DNA from: an uncultured Phycisphaerales bacterium
Lineage (GTDB): Bacteria > Planctomycetota > Phycisphaerae > Tepidisphaerales > Tepidisphaeraceae
Assembly (NCBI GenBank): GCA_963755915.1
Contig: CAVWLP010000003.1
Location: forward strand, 320,001 to 384,000
DNA length: 64,000 nucleotides
Direction: 5' to 3'
Each line of letters starts with the position of its first letter. Position 1 is the first letter of the stretch. Positions 40,898-51,482 of the stretch are shown here, in pieces. The translations under genes and the position numbers were made by a program. Under the pieces are notes generated by a model, which made no database searches, had not been told where the DNA came from, and saw only the letters and a program-made list of their open reading frames with translations.

Positions 40898-42535
40898 TTA
40901 AAACCTGTAAGTGAGCCCCGCGGAGAGCCCGTTGCCGGAATAGGGCACAGACGATCCGGGGAGGTAGTAGTACGTATACGACACCGACAGTTGGAGACGA
41001 TTCCCAATGTGCAGCGTGGGCCCGATCGACAGCTCCACGCCGAAGTCGGCGGGGCTCAGGATGTACAGGGGATAGACATACATCGGTAGCGTAAGCCCGG
41101 GCACGATCTGCGGCTCGGCACGCAAAATCGGACCGACGGTTTGGAAATCCGCCCGGCTGCTGTAGGCGGTGTTTTGCCCATACTGGGTCATTTCGTAAGC
41201 GCCGCCGAGGCGGATATTCCAGGTGTAATTGAGGACGTAATAGGGTTCGACGTGGAGGAACTGGCGGCTATTGCCGTCGTTGTATTCGGCGTAGGTGTAG
41301 ACGACGTTGGCGGCGATGTAATCGGTGAACTGGTAGCCACCACTGACGCCGGCGACGTCCTGCGAGAGGTCGTTGGCGACTGTGTACATCGTGTCGTTAA
41401 CCGGGTCGTTGAGGCGATACGTTCCGTCGAGCCAGAGCTTATCGGTGGGCTTCCAGGTAGCGCCGACGTTGAAGCCGGTGACTTGACGCCCGGGCTGCTG
41501 GAAGGCGTCAACGCCGCCGCGGAAATTCCATTCGCTGTTGACGTGATATTCGAGGCCTAGGTCCTCCTGGTAGCGGATCACGGGGCCAAAGCTCATCTTG
41601 TTGTTGGCGAAGTAATTGTTGTTGTATTCCGCGTCGATGGCGATGTGATCCGACACCGGAACGGTCAGGGTATTGAACCATCCCATCTGGTGGAACCCAT
41701 CGCTGCCGAAGAAGAGGTAATAGTCGCTGGAAAACTGCACGGCCGTATTGGTTTCGATATTCGAAAGCCCTGTCTTGGCCGTTTCGAATGTCGGGTCAAA
41801 CTCCATCGCCTTGGCGTATTCCTGCCGAGCTTCGGACAGATCCCAGTTGTTCCGGTGAATATCCCCCAGCAGGCCCAGGGCATCGACCGACTTGGGATTC
41901 TTGGCCAGCACCGCCTTGGCAATCTTTTCCGCCTCCGCATCGCGCCCATGGGCGTGCAGGAATTTGGCGTGGGCCAGGAGGATCCATTCCTCATCGACGG
42001 CATTGCGATCAGCCGCTTCGTAGGCTTTTTCGGCGTCCGCGGTCCGGCCCGCGTGATCCAGCGCGGCGCCGAGCTGCGCATAGGTTTCCGCGTCGTTAGG
42101 GTCGTGTCGAATGACTTCGTTGAGAACGTCTATTTCGCGATCGGTCATCCCGGCCGCATCCGCGGCCTTGGCGAGCTCCAGGCCCCAGCTGGTGTCGTTG
42201 GGATCCTGGATGTAGGCCGTGTCGAGATGCACGTAGGCTTTTTGGGGATCGTTCAGTTTGTCCAGATAGATCCAGCCGAGGGTTCGCCGCAGGATGATTT
42301 CATCCGGGCGCGCCGCCAGGGCCTTTTCCATCGCGTCGGCGGCGGCCTGGTAGTCGGCCTTGGTTTTCGTCTGCTCCGCGCGGCTTTCCAGCTCCCACGC
42401 GGAATCCATCAGCGCGTCGGTCTGCTGCTTGGTAAGCGACGGAGTCGTCTGCGCACCCGCGCGGCCGCAAAGCATGGCCAGGGTCGCCAGCGCCAACAGG
42501 ATTCTTGCCGGAGATTTTGGAGAGATGGTTTTCAT
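40898..42535 (-). CDS. TPR-containing outer-membrane beta-barrel protein, putative polysaccharide exporter
   Basis: Signal peptide; about 7 TPR-like repeats; aromatic alternating C-terminal half ending AGLTYRF. Confidence 0.7.
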   Translation of the reverse strand: MKTISPKSPARILLALATLAMLCGRAGAQTTPSLTKQQTDALMDSAWELESRAEQTKTKADYQAAADAMEKALAARPDEIILRRTLGWIYLDKLNDPQKAYVHLDTAYIQDPNDTSWGLELAKAADAAGMTDREIDVLNEVIRHDPNDAETYAQLGAALDHAGRTADAEKAYEAADRNAVDEEWILLAHAKFLHAHGRDAEAEKIAKAVLAKNPKSVDALGLLGDIHRNNWDLSEARQEYAKAMEFDPTFETAKTGLSNIETNTAVQFSSDYYLFFGSDGFHQMGWFNTLTVPVSDHIAIDAEYNNNYFANNKMSFGPVIRYQEDLGLEYHVNSEWNFRGGVDAFQQPGRQVTGFNVGATWKPTDKLWLDGTYRLNDPVNDTMYTVANDLSQDVAGVSGGYQFTDYIAANVVYTYAEYNDGNSRQFLHVEPYYVLNYTWNIRLGGAYEMTQYGQNTAYSSRADFQTVGPILRAEPQIVPGLTLPMYVYPLYILSPADFGVELSIGPTLHIGNRLQLSVSYTYYYLPGSSVPYSGNGLSAGLTYRF

Positions 42536-42536
42536 G

Positions 42537-45500
42537 TTATTGATGGAACTCTCTTGAAAACTCATTTATCGACAAGAACTGCGGTGCGCCGTTTTCAGAG
42601 TCGTGAACGAATATTGGGACGTTGGCCTCATCGATCCCCCTGGTGGCGATAACCTTCAATTGCACCCTGTACCAGCCTGGAACGTCGGGCAGCTCGATCG
42701 CCGCCATCTGGCCGCCCTGCATCGGAGTGATCGTTCCCGCGTCCGGCTTGAAATTCGGACCTGTCACGCTCCAGCGATACTCCACATGATCCAATGGCAA
42801 CGATCGCACGTTCGCCTTGACCACAAACGGCTCACCGGGCCACTGCGCATCGGTCGGATAATTGATTTCCAGGATCTCCGGGCCGGGATTAGTGAAGGCT
42901 CCAAACAGCTTCGGATTCGGATTATGCCAGGCGTCGCGCATCGCGGCGCACACCGGTTTTTCGCGGCCGTCGAGGTCCACCATTCCGAACCAGGTGGCGG
43001 TTCCTTCGTAACGATCGCTCCAGCAATAGGCGATGCCGCCCACGTTGCTCCCCTTATTCGCCTGGATATCCTCGCGCCACCGATCCGCGTAATACCAGCC
43101 CTTCACCGCCGCCGTCGGTTCCAGCAGCCCCTTCTGGCTGTCGTAATGATTGCGGTCGTTGTTCCAGTACCCATCCGGACCAAATTCGCTCACCAGATAC
43201 GGCCGCCCCGGATCGAAGCGGGCGAAAAGCTCGTGAAGGTGCCCAATGTCAGGCTGGTAATACGCATTCACCGCAACCGCATCGAGCGTCGGCGCCCCAA
43301 CCGCGTAGTCGGCAATCGCCCCACCAACCTGGTCAGCCTCCTGCGCGGAGAAGATCGGATGATTAGGATCGAGCTGCCGAATAACCTGCGCCATCCGCTC
43401 CACGAAAAGCACGTGGGCATGCCGAACTTCCGTCAAATACGGCTGCGAATACTTGTGCTTCAGCAGCCCCCAAACTTCGTTGCCCAGGCACCACCCCAGC
43501 AGCCCCGGATGATCGTGATAAGCGAGAACCGTCGATTCAATTTGCGCCTGATATTCCTGCTGTTTGGCCGCATCCGCCAGGTAATTCTCGTCCTGCATGA
43601 ACCAGAACCCGTACATCACCTTGAGATGATTTTCCTGTGCCGCGTTGAGGATATTGCGGTCCGACCAGGTCCGCCCATACCGGCGGATGGTGTTGCCTCC
43701 CATTTCGTGAATGATCGAAAAATCGCGACTAAGCTGGGCCGAGCTCAACGGCACGTTGGCGTCGCGCCAATCCTGCCCCGGATTGTAAGCAATTCCCTTG
43801 ACGTAGAACGGCCTTCCATCCACTAACAGCGAGAAATGCCCCGGCGAACCGCTGATGCAGCGCGACTGATGATGCTGGGGATGCAAATCAAACCACAGCG
43901 GCAACGATTGCGCTGCGCGTGGCCGGCGCTGAAAGGCTGAAGATTCAGCGTCCGCTTTGTTTCCGACAACCAGGACGAATCGTCGGTCGGCGGCGCAATC
44001 GCATTGTTGTCGTCGAGAACGACGCTCTTGATCTCCGGATAGCGCACGCTGATGTCGGAAAGAGCATCACGCTCCCAATTGGCCCCCAGCTCATTGTTGG
44101 CCGCATTCAGCCCGGTAATCATGATCGGTCGGTGCCACTGGGCAATGCGCGGATGGAAGGCGTCATACTGCTCGGCAAAAGATTTCCTCGGCGAAGCCGG
44201 ATCCTGGGCGATCGGCAGGGCGATCCAGTCGATGAATCCCGCCTGCTCCGGAAAATACGTCGCCGCGGTCTTGGGCGAAGCCGGAGACCAGACCCACCCA
44301 ATATTAGCCGCACCTTCCGTTTGGAGCGTCAGCACCAGGTGCTGCCAGGCGGCGATAAAATCCGCCGGTTTGTTGCCGGTACGGGCAGACCACGGCATTG
44401 CCGCGTTGTCCGGCTGCGGAGCGAAGGAGATAAGAATCGGTTCACCAAACGCCCGCGCCGAGGCCGCAAACTGGTGAATGTACGCGTCATAATTCCCCGC
44501 CCCGATGCGCTGGAGAATCGGATGCCTCTGCCACGAATGCATTGCAGTTCCATCGACGGGCAGCCAATTCAGCATCGGGATCGCCCCGCCGCGGCGGAGC
44601 TCCTTAAGCTGGTCGACCGGCAAATCCGCGCCCCAGGGCAAATCAACGGCCACGATCCGGAACTGGATATCAAACTGCAACTGGAGATTGGCCGTGCTCG
44701 GCAGCCAGGCCTCTTTGCCCGCGCTCAGGTGTACGCCCGTGTAAAAGCCTCCGGTATCCGGCACCAGCGTGTCGTCGAACGCATTTTCCAGACCGTTCCC
44801 CTGCGACGGAACGAGGTTGATGAAATAAATCGCCAATGTTGCCGTCGCGATTCCCAGCGGAAGCAGCCGTCCCTCGCGGAACTGCCGCAGCATCGCCCGA
44901 TACGCCATTCCCGCGCCGCGCCGAACGCTCCGGGCGATCTGGATGACGAATCGCAGCCGCTGAAGCTGCCGGCGAAGTTTCAGCAGCGTTACCTGCTGCG
45001 AAGTGACGGAAATATGTAAAAGCGAAATCGAGTTGAGCACCGCCAAAACCGCCATGAGCAGTGCCGGCGGAGAGCTGTCGTAATAAACCCCGAAGCATGC
45101 CGCGAGGATAAGAACGCCGGCCGCGACGAAGTTGGGCAGCGTGATCCTGCCCGCGTTGGAAGGTTCATCTTCCTTCGGCGTCGGGATATACGGAACCTTG
45201 ATCCGAAACACCGCGCAGAAAACGCCCGCCAGATAAATCCACCAGGTCGCGATCGCCAGCGACCCGCCGGCGATATGCATCCCGCGCTCCTGCGGCTCCA
45301 TGAGCCACCGCTGCACGCGCAGCCGCACCAGCGTCGCGAAAACCAGCATCGGCGCGAACCAGAGCACCAGTTCCGTCGCCGTCGCCCGCCAGGCGATCAG
45401 CCCCACGGTGAGCGTGGCGATCGGCACCAGCATTTCCAGAAGCGTCACCACGCCGCGAAGAAAGAAAATCGGGCACAGCAGGTAGTGAATGCGCTGCCGC

Positions 45501-46558
45501 CAGGTAAAGCCGCTGTAAAGTTTTGGATATTCCTGGAAGAGCAAATCGAACACGCCGCACGCCCATTTGATCTGCTGCTTGTAAAACGCCGCCAGCGTCG
45601 AGGGAACCAGTCCGCGGGTGAGAATCTCCGGCACGTAAACCGAGTGCCACCCCTTCGAATAGAGCCGCATCGACGTGTGCATGTCCTCGGCGAGTCCCGG
45701 CGCGTGCCCGCCGATGCTGTCCAGCGCCGTCCGGCGAAAGACGCAGTTTGCGCCGATGGCCTGTGTCGTGCCGCACCCGTTCATCCCCATCATGTAGGGG
45801 CCGTAAAAGTGATACGACTGCTCCGCCGCGCCTCGCGCCACGATCGAATCCGACTGATTCCGATACGCCTGCACCGACTGCACAAACCCAACGGATGGAT
45901 CCTCGAAATATCCCAGCGTCCGCTCCAGCAAATAGGGCGAAGGCTCATGATCTGGATCCAGAACGACGGCGATTTCCCCCGTCGCCTGCCGAAGCGCATT
46001 ATTGATGTTCCCCGCCTTGGCGTTCTTCTTGACGGTGCGCGTCACGTGAACAACGCCCAGCTCCTCGCAGATCGCCTTGAGAATCGGGTCGTTGCCTTCG
46101 TCGCAAAGGTAATTGGTATGCGGATACGGGATCGCCACCATCGCCTTGAGCGTCCGCACGATCATCCCGCGCGGCTCACCCGGGCAGGCGGTCGTCAGGA
46201 TATCGACGGACCATTTCCGCCGCGCCTTCAATACGCGGGGAATCGAAATGTGAAAATAGTTGTACCATTCAAACAGCCAGCAGGCGGCGCGAAGCCCCAG
46301 CGCCAGCGTGAGCCCCAGATAAACGATCGGATCGCCGATCCGGCCCGGACTCAGCAGCCAGGCCATCAGCGAAATCAGCGAACCCGCGGCCAGCAGGATC
46401 AGCACCCGAAGCTTGAGCAGCTCCCGCCGCGGCAGAATCGTCGCGCGGACCGGATGCGCCGGCCACTTGTAGGGCGGCCAGCATTCGACGGCATCAAGTG
46501 CCGAAGCCGGCGACTCCGCCGACTCTGCGTCGACAATCTGGGTGTCCAAGAGACTCAT
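42537..46558 (-). CDS. Processive GT2 polysaccharide synthase fused to a GH26-like domain and a clan GH-A (GH2/GH158-like) domain; probable frameshift near 43910
   Basis: CDEG, AKAGNIN, DPDH, AED, QQIKW, YIPTPK; GNYDAYI...WVWSP; GNTIRRY, LGNEV, SEFGP. The two ORFs overlap and the second lacks a signal peptide. Confidence 0.8.
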
Positions 46559-46691
46559 GCTTCTCCCATACTCCTCGGGCGATCTTAAGGTCGCCTTCGA
46601 TTGTGCTGTCCAACCCCGGTGCCTTCCGGCACTTATTCGATCGGTTTAATTCACGGATGGATTCAACGCCCGATCCGTAAAGCTGTTCCGT

Positions 46692-48179
46692 TTATGACGG
46701 CGAAAGCCCGAATTCGTTGATGTCTCGATAGACCTGTTGCGGCACAGCCTTCGGTTGCACCGGCGCCGCCGCCCCCAGGAAATATTTCCGATACCGCGCC
46801 TTCGGCAGCGCGTTCACGATAGCCACCATTTGCTTCGCCCCATGGGCCTTCAGCAGCTCCCGGCACTGCCCCGCCGCAGCCAGAGACGCCCGCCGCGCGT
46901 TCATCACCAGCAGCGTCGCCCGGCATCGCGCCGCCAGCGCCAGCGTGTCTGGATTCCCCAGCGCCGGACCCGCGTCGAACATCACGAACCGATACGATCC
47001 CGTCAGTTGCCGGATCACGTCCGACAAAGCGCTGCCCTGAAGCTTCGCCGCCGAAACCGACGACGGCTTTCCGCACGGCAGCAGGTGCAAATTCTGAATG
47101 TGCGTCGGCCGGATGAAATCCGACGCCACCAGCGGATTGTCCAGCCCGTCATAAAAGCCCGGCGAAGGATTATTGTCCCCGAAAATCTTGTGAAGGATCG
47201 GCGAGCGAAAATTCACGTCGATCAGCAAAACGCTTTCCCCCGCCATCGCGATCGTCGTTGCCAGGTTCACCGCGACGGTAGAAGTCCCCTCCCCACGCGA
47301 TGGAGAAGTCACCAGCAGCGAACCCGCCTGCCGGCTCACGTTCGCCCCGAACAGATTCAGCAGCAACGACCGGCACAAAAGCGCCCCTTCGGATGCCGGA
47401 TCGATATAAGCGGCCAGACCCCGCCCCGCCGTCGAGCTTTCTGGAAGAATCGGCAGATGCCCCGCCGTCTGCAATCCCGTCCGCTCAAAAATCTGCGCCG
47501 GTGTGCGTATCCGATCGTGCGAAGAGCCCGCAATCAGTTCGATCAATATCCCCAGAATCACGCCCGCCGCCGCTGCAATTCCCAGCATCTCCCCAAACGA
47601 CGGATTCTCCGGCTGAACGTCCCCGCTGGCCAGCGTGCAATCCGCAACGGCCTTGGGATCGATCAGCAACATACTCATCCCCGTCAACGGATCATTCCTC
47701 GTCGCCGACGCCAGTGACGCCAGCACCGCGTTGATAATCTTCGCCGCCTGGTGCGGATAGGGCGTATGGGCCACGATCTTCAGTTGATCGTCCTGCGTGA
47801 CTGTTTGAATCGTCAGCATGCGCCTCAGCGATTCGACCGTGTTGGACCCCAGTCCCAGAATCGCGAGCTGCGAAAGATCGAGCCGCCGCCCCGCCGCGGC
47901 CAGGACTGCATCAGACCGCGCCGCATCGGCAAGCTGGTCCAGATATTCCGCTGCCGCAACGCCCGATTCCACGTTCTGATCCGTCTGCGAAATGTTCGCA
48001 AACGACAAAACTCCCTGCACCTGGTAGGAGGGCTGGGATGCGTTCATATACGCCAGCATCCCCACCACTGAAATCAGCGTGGTAAAGAGGATACCGAAGC
48101 GTCCGTGAACCACTGCACTCACTAAACGGGATGTCCACGAAGCGCCGCGCGGTGCGCTAGTCTGTCTGCTACCAATCAT
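46692..48179 (-). CDS. Wzc/CapAB-like polysaccharide co-polymerase with degenerate BY-kinase domain
   Basis: TM-periplasmic-TM then VTSPSRGEGTST, LLIDVNFR, NLHLLPCG, MFDAGP. Confidence 0.82.
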   Translation of the reverse strand: MIGSRQTSAPRGASWTSRLVSAVVHGRFGILFTTLISVVGMLAYMNASQPSYQVQGVLSFANISQTDQNVESGVAAAEYLDQLADAARSDAVLAAAGRRLDLSQLAILGLGSNTVESLRRMLTIQTVTQDDQLKIVAHTPYPHQAAKIINAVLASLASATRNDPLTGMSMLLIDPKAVADCTLASGDVQPENPSFGEMLGIAAAAGVILGILIELIAGSSHDRIRTPAQIFERTGLQTAGHLPILPESSTAGRGLAAYIDPASEGALLCRSLLLNLFGANVSRQAGSLLVTSPSRGEGTSTVAVNLATTIAMAGESVLLIDVNFRSPILHKIFGDNNPSPGFYDGLDNPLVASDFIRPTHIQNLHLLPCGKPSSVSAAKLQGSALSDVIRQLTGSYRFVMFDAGPALGNPDTLALAARCRATLLVMNARRASLAAAGQCRELLKAHGAKQMVAIVNALPKARYRKYFLGAAAPVQPKAVPQQVYRDINEFGLSPS

Positions 48180-48481
48180 AAGTGCCCTTCAATACGGAGA
48201 TGCCCGAATAATCGGTTGTTGCGACCGGAATATAAACGCGCCAAACCCGACCGACCAATGAATCCGACCGATGTGAAGCCCTTGCGACCCCCCCAAATGA
48301 AAAACTCGGAAATCTGTAACGAGGACGCCAGCAAAGAGCCGAAACGAAAGACCCGATAATCCGCCTGGTCCGATAATTCGGCGCGGCCCAACACAGGCAT
48401 TATCGCCCCCAGACCCAAATAATGTTTTTGCCTTGGCCCCAAATTAGGGCGATATTCTCTCGTAATCTCACTGGAGTGTTA

Positions 48482-49671
48482 GTGAACCTCTCGATGCGGG
48501 GATTCCGCGAATATCTGCTGCTGATCGTCTCGATGCTCGCCCTCTTCTGCGCTGCCCACAATCGTGCGCCGCCGATGGTCTGATCGTCGGCGCCGATGTT
48601 TCCGACTGCGCCTATTTCCAGGGTCTTGGCGCTAAATATATGGATCACAGCCAGCCCGCGGACATCTTCTCCATCCTCAAAACCCACCACATCAATCTCG
48701 TCCGCCTCCGCCTCTTCACCAGCACCAATCAGCAGGCGCAGCAGGCCCCCTATGACAGCATCAACAACATGCTCTACACGCTCCCGCTCGCGGTTCATGC
48801 CGCCCAGGCCGGCTTGCCCTGGATGCTCGACTTCCACTACTCCGATCTCTGGGCTGATGCCAACCACCAGCTCAAACCCGCCGCCTGGAAAGGCCTCACC
48901 TTCTTCCAGCTCGAACAACGCATGTACGAATACAACCGCGATTGCATCCGCACCTTCCGCGAAGCCGGCGCAATGCCCCAATACGTCCAGATCGGCAATG
49001 AAATCACCTCCGGCCTCGTCTGGCCCGACGCCGAAACCGACACCCCGGGCCACTGGAAACGCCTCGGCAGACTCCTTAACGCCGCCATCCGCGGCATCCA
49101 CGACGGCGCCGGCTCACAAAAACCCAAAATCGTCATCCACATCGGCAGCGGCGATCAGTGGGACGTCATCCGCGCCTTTTTCGACCGCCTTCGCGATCAG
49201 CAGGTGGACTTCGACGTGATCGGCCTAAGCTATTTCCCCGACGCCACCAGCAAAATCGAAGATCTTCAATCAGCCATGGCCGGCGCGACAGCACGATATG
49301 CCCGCCCGGTCATGATCGCTGAAACCGCCTTTCCCTGGTCCCAGAATTCCGCCGATGCCGACGCCGGTGAACCCATCCTTGGCCTGACGCCCGGCGCTCA
49401 CGGACAAGCGCAATACGCCGCGATGCTTTGCCAGGCAATGGCAAGTGTCCCCAACCAAATGGGCATCGGAATCGTCTGGTGGGGCGCCGAATATGAAAAC
49501 ATAGGCCGTCTCGATTTGAACGGCTACGACTGCAGCTCACTCTTCGACGGCTCCGGGAATGTTCTCCCCGTGATCGACGTCCTCGGCCGCTTTGCGATAA
49601 AAGGAAACTCGCTCGCCAACAATGCCGTAACCCAAAGTCTGCAAGCATCCGCCAAACATCTCGCTCAATAG
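48482..49671 (+). CDS. GH53 endo-beta-1,4-galactanase, frameshift near 48570
   Basis: Signal peptide; GADVS, VRLRLF, LDFHYSDLWAD, VQIGNEIT, DFDVIGLSY, IAETA. Confidence 0.9.
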
Positions 49672-50355
49672 CCGCCCCTGCTCAGGCGTCAAATCGCGCC
49701 TCCACCGTCCGGGTTGCGCACTCCCAATATGATTATCGTGAAGCAACGTCACGCGATCGCGCCGGTGATTATCGATGCCCACGTCAACCTGCTCCGCCGG
49801 ACGCGAAGCAAGCTGCCCGCAAATCTTCCGGCTGAATTCGATATTCGTCTGCCCATCGATCCACTCGACTATTTTCTGATCGACCGGAACCTCCAGATGC
49901 TCTGCAATCTTTGCAATTTCCCGTGGCGGATCTTTAACCATCTCTTCGTACCGAACAAACAGAGTGCGCTGCGAATCCTGGTAAGACCTCAGCAGGCAAT
50001 CAAAGCTATGCGCCATGCGCCGCACCGAAGCCTCAAACCCGCCGGCCCAGAACACCAGATCGGAAGCCACGCAATCCCGCGGATCGCGATAGGTGCACAC
50101 CGCTTTCACGCGCCCGCTACGAATCGACTGAAGCGCAAAGGGCCCAAGCTCATGCACCTTGATAACCGCCGACCCCGAGCCGAGCGTTGCCTCCATCTGC
50201 AGAAACCGATCCAGCGAATTTTCCCCCAGGCACGCCATCCCGAACGGCTCCCCGCGCCGCTTCGCGCGGATTTGCCCCAGCAAACGGCAGACGTTGTACG
50301 ACCAGGTTGACCCCGAGCGGATAACGCCGTCACAAATAAAAATGGGCGATATCAT
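49537..50355 (-). CDS. Sulfotransferase-domain protein
   Basis: GVIRSGSTW (5'-PSB), IKVH, YRDPRDCVAS (3'-PB), VRYEEM, GRWRRDLT. Confidence 0.8.
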   Translation of the reverse strand: MISPIFICDGVIRSGSTWSYNVCRLLGQIRAKRRGEPFGMACLGENSLDRFLQMEATLGSGSAVIKVHELGPFALQSIRSGRVKAVCTYRDPRDCVASDLVFWAGGFEASVRRMAHSFDCLLRSYQDSQRTLFVRYEEMVKDPPREIAKIAEHLEVPVDQKIVEWIDGQTNIEFSRKICGQLASRPAEQVDVGIDNHRRDRVTLLHDNHIGSAQPGRWRRDLTPEQGRLLSEMFGGCLQTLGYGIVGERVSFYRKAAEDVDHGENIPGAVEE

Positions 50356-50627
50356 CGAACAAATTCGATTCGCTTGCGCGGTTGTCTTCACTTGGGAAGT
50401 CTGCGTCGCCCCCCAGGACGAAAAATCCAGACTAGTCCGCGACGACTTAAGCGAACATGAAGAAAATCCCCAAAATGCAGAACCCGACTCGATTACTCAG
50501 ATTTCCTGTTGAGCCGCCACCCCCAGGGAGAGTGCTTTCCCGAGCCCTTCCCAACCCGCGATCCCACCGACTCCCCCCGGATACTCCAAGCCAAGAATCC
50601 CACTTTGGCACGCATCTTGCGCTTTGC

Positions 50628-50700
50628 TTTTTGCCTACAAGGCAAAAATATCGCCATTTATGAGATTTTTATTGACCTACAGGCAACAAACCAGTACATT
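50628..50700 (+). promoter_or_regulatory. Sigma70-type promoter and two operator-like palindromes of the XRE/cupin gene
   Basis: TTGACC(50672)-17 bp-TACATT(50695); TTTTTGCCT-aca-AGGCAAAAA (50628-50648) and TTGACCTACAGGCAA (50672-50686). Confidence 0.7.
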
Positions 50701-50708
50701 CTCCATCC

Positions 50709-51335
50709 ATGGCGACGATCCATGACTATGCAACAGGGATTGGGTTTTCTCTGGGGCACCGAATCCACTCAATGCGCGAGTCGCGCGACTGGACCCTCGA
50801 AACCCTCGCCGAGGCCACCGGCCTCTCCAAGCCCTATCTCAGCCGCCTCGAGGCCGGCGCACGCGAGCCTTCGCTGGGAGCGCTCGGCCAGATCGCCCGC
50901 GCTTTCGGAGTCTCCATCGCTGCTCTCCTCGAGCACCCCGATGAGTCTGCCGATTGCGTCATCGTCCGCGGCGGAAGCACCTCCCGGCAGGAAGCCAATG
51001 GCCTCACCTTCCGGCCCCTGTCCAGCACAACCAAACCATTTAACATTCATCCCATCGGCGTAGTCATTCCCGCCGGCCGCGCTGGTGACGAATCTTATCG
51101 CCACGACGGTGAAGAGTGGCTCTACGTCACTTCCGGCCGCGTAAAACTGACCGTCAACGGAAACCAGTACACGCTTGAAAAGGGCGATGCCGCGCATTTC
51201 GACTCGCGGCAAAAACACAGGATCGACGCGCTGGATGGCAGGGATGCCGAGGTCATTCTCGTCGCCTGTCCCATACCAACCACCCTCCACGCGCAGCGCG
51301 GCTTGGCACAAGTGCCGGCCGGTGTGATCGGGTAA
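50709..51335 (+). CDS. XRE-family HTH regulator with cupin sensor domain
   Basis: TLETLAEATGLSKPYLSRLEAG..EPSL; HDGEEWLYV...GDAAHFDS..KH. Confidence 0.92.
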   Translation: MATIHDYATGIGFSLGHRIHSMRESRDWTLETLAEATGLSKPYLSRLEAGAREPSLGALGQIARAFGVSIAALLEHPDESADCVIVRGGSTSRQEANGLTFRPLSSTTKPFNIHPIGVVIPAGRAGDESYRHDGEEWLYVTSGRVKLTVNGNQYTLEKGDAAHFDSRQKHRIDALDGRDAEVILVACPIPTTLHAQRGLAQVPAGVIG

Positions 51336-51482
51336 CGCTGCACTCAAAAGCGGAAGACGGAAAACGAACCGAGATTCTGGCGGATTCGAGGAAAAAAGCC
51401 CGCGTGCGGTGCGCACGGCGGCATGTGTTGCCACGCACCATCGCTCACGCAGGCAGGTGAGGTTTTTTGCTTGGAGTCTGTC

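Noticed and set aside
42537-46558. Canonical cellulose synthase bcsA operon
   Set aside because: No recognisable PilZ domain, BcsB or GH8 BcsZ, and the motif is QQIKW; the bcsA symbol was withheld
42603-46588. Long plus-strand ORFs (407, 366, 437 aa), and similarly 53955-55523 and 30362-31507
   Set aside because: Antisense shadows of well-supported genes in high-GC DNA; no motifs
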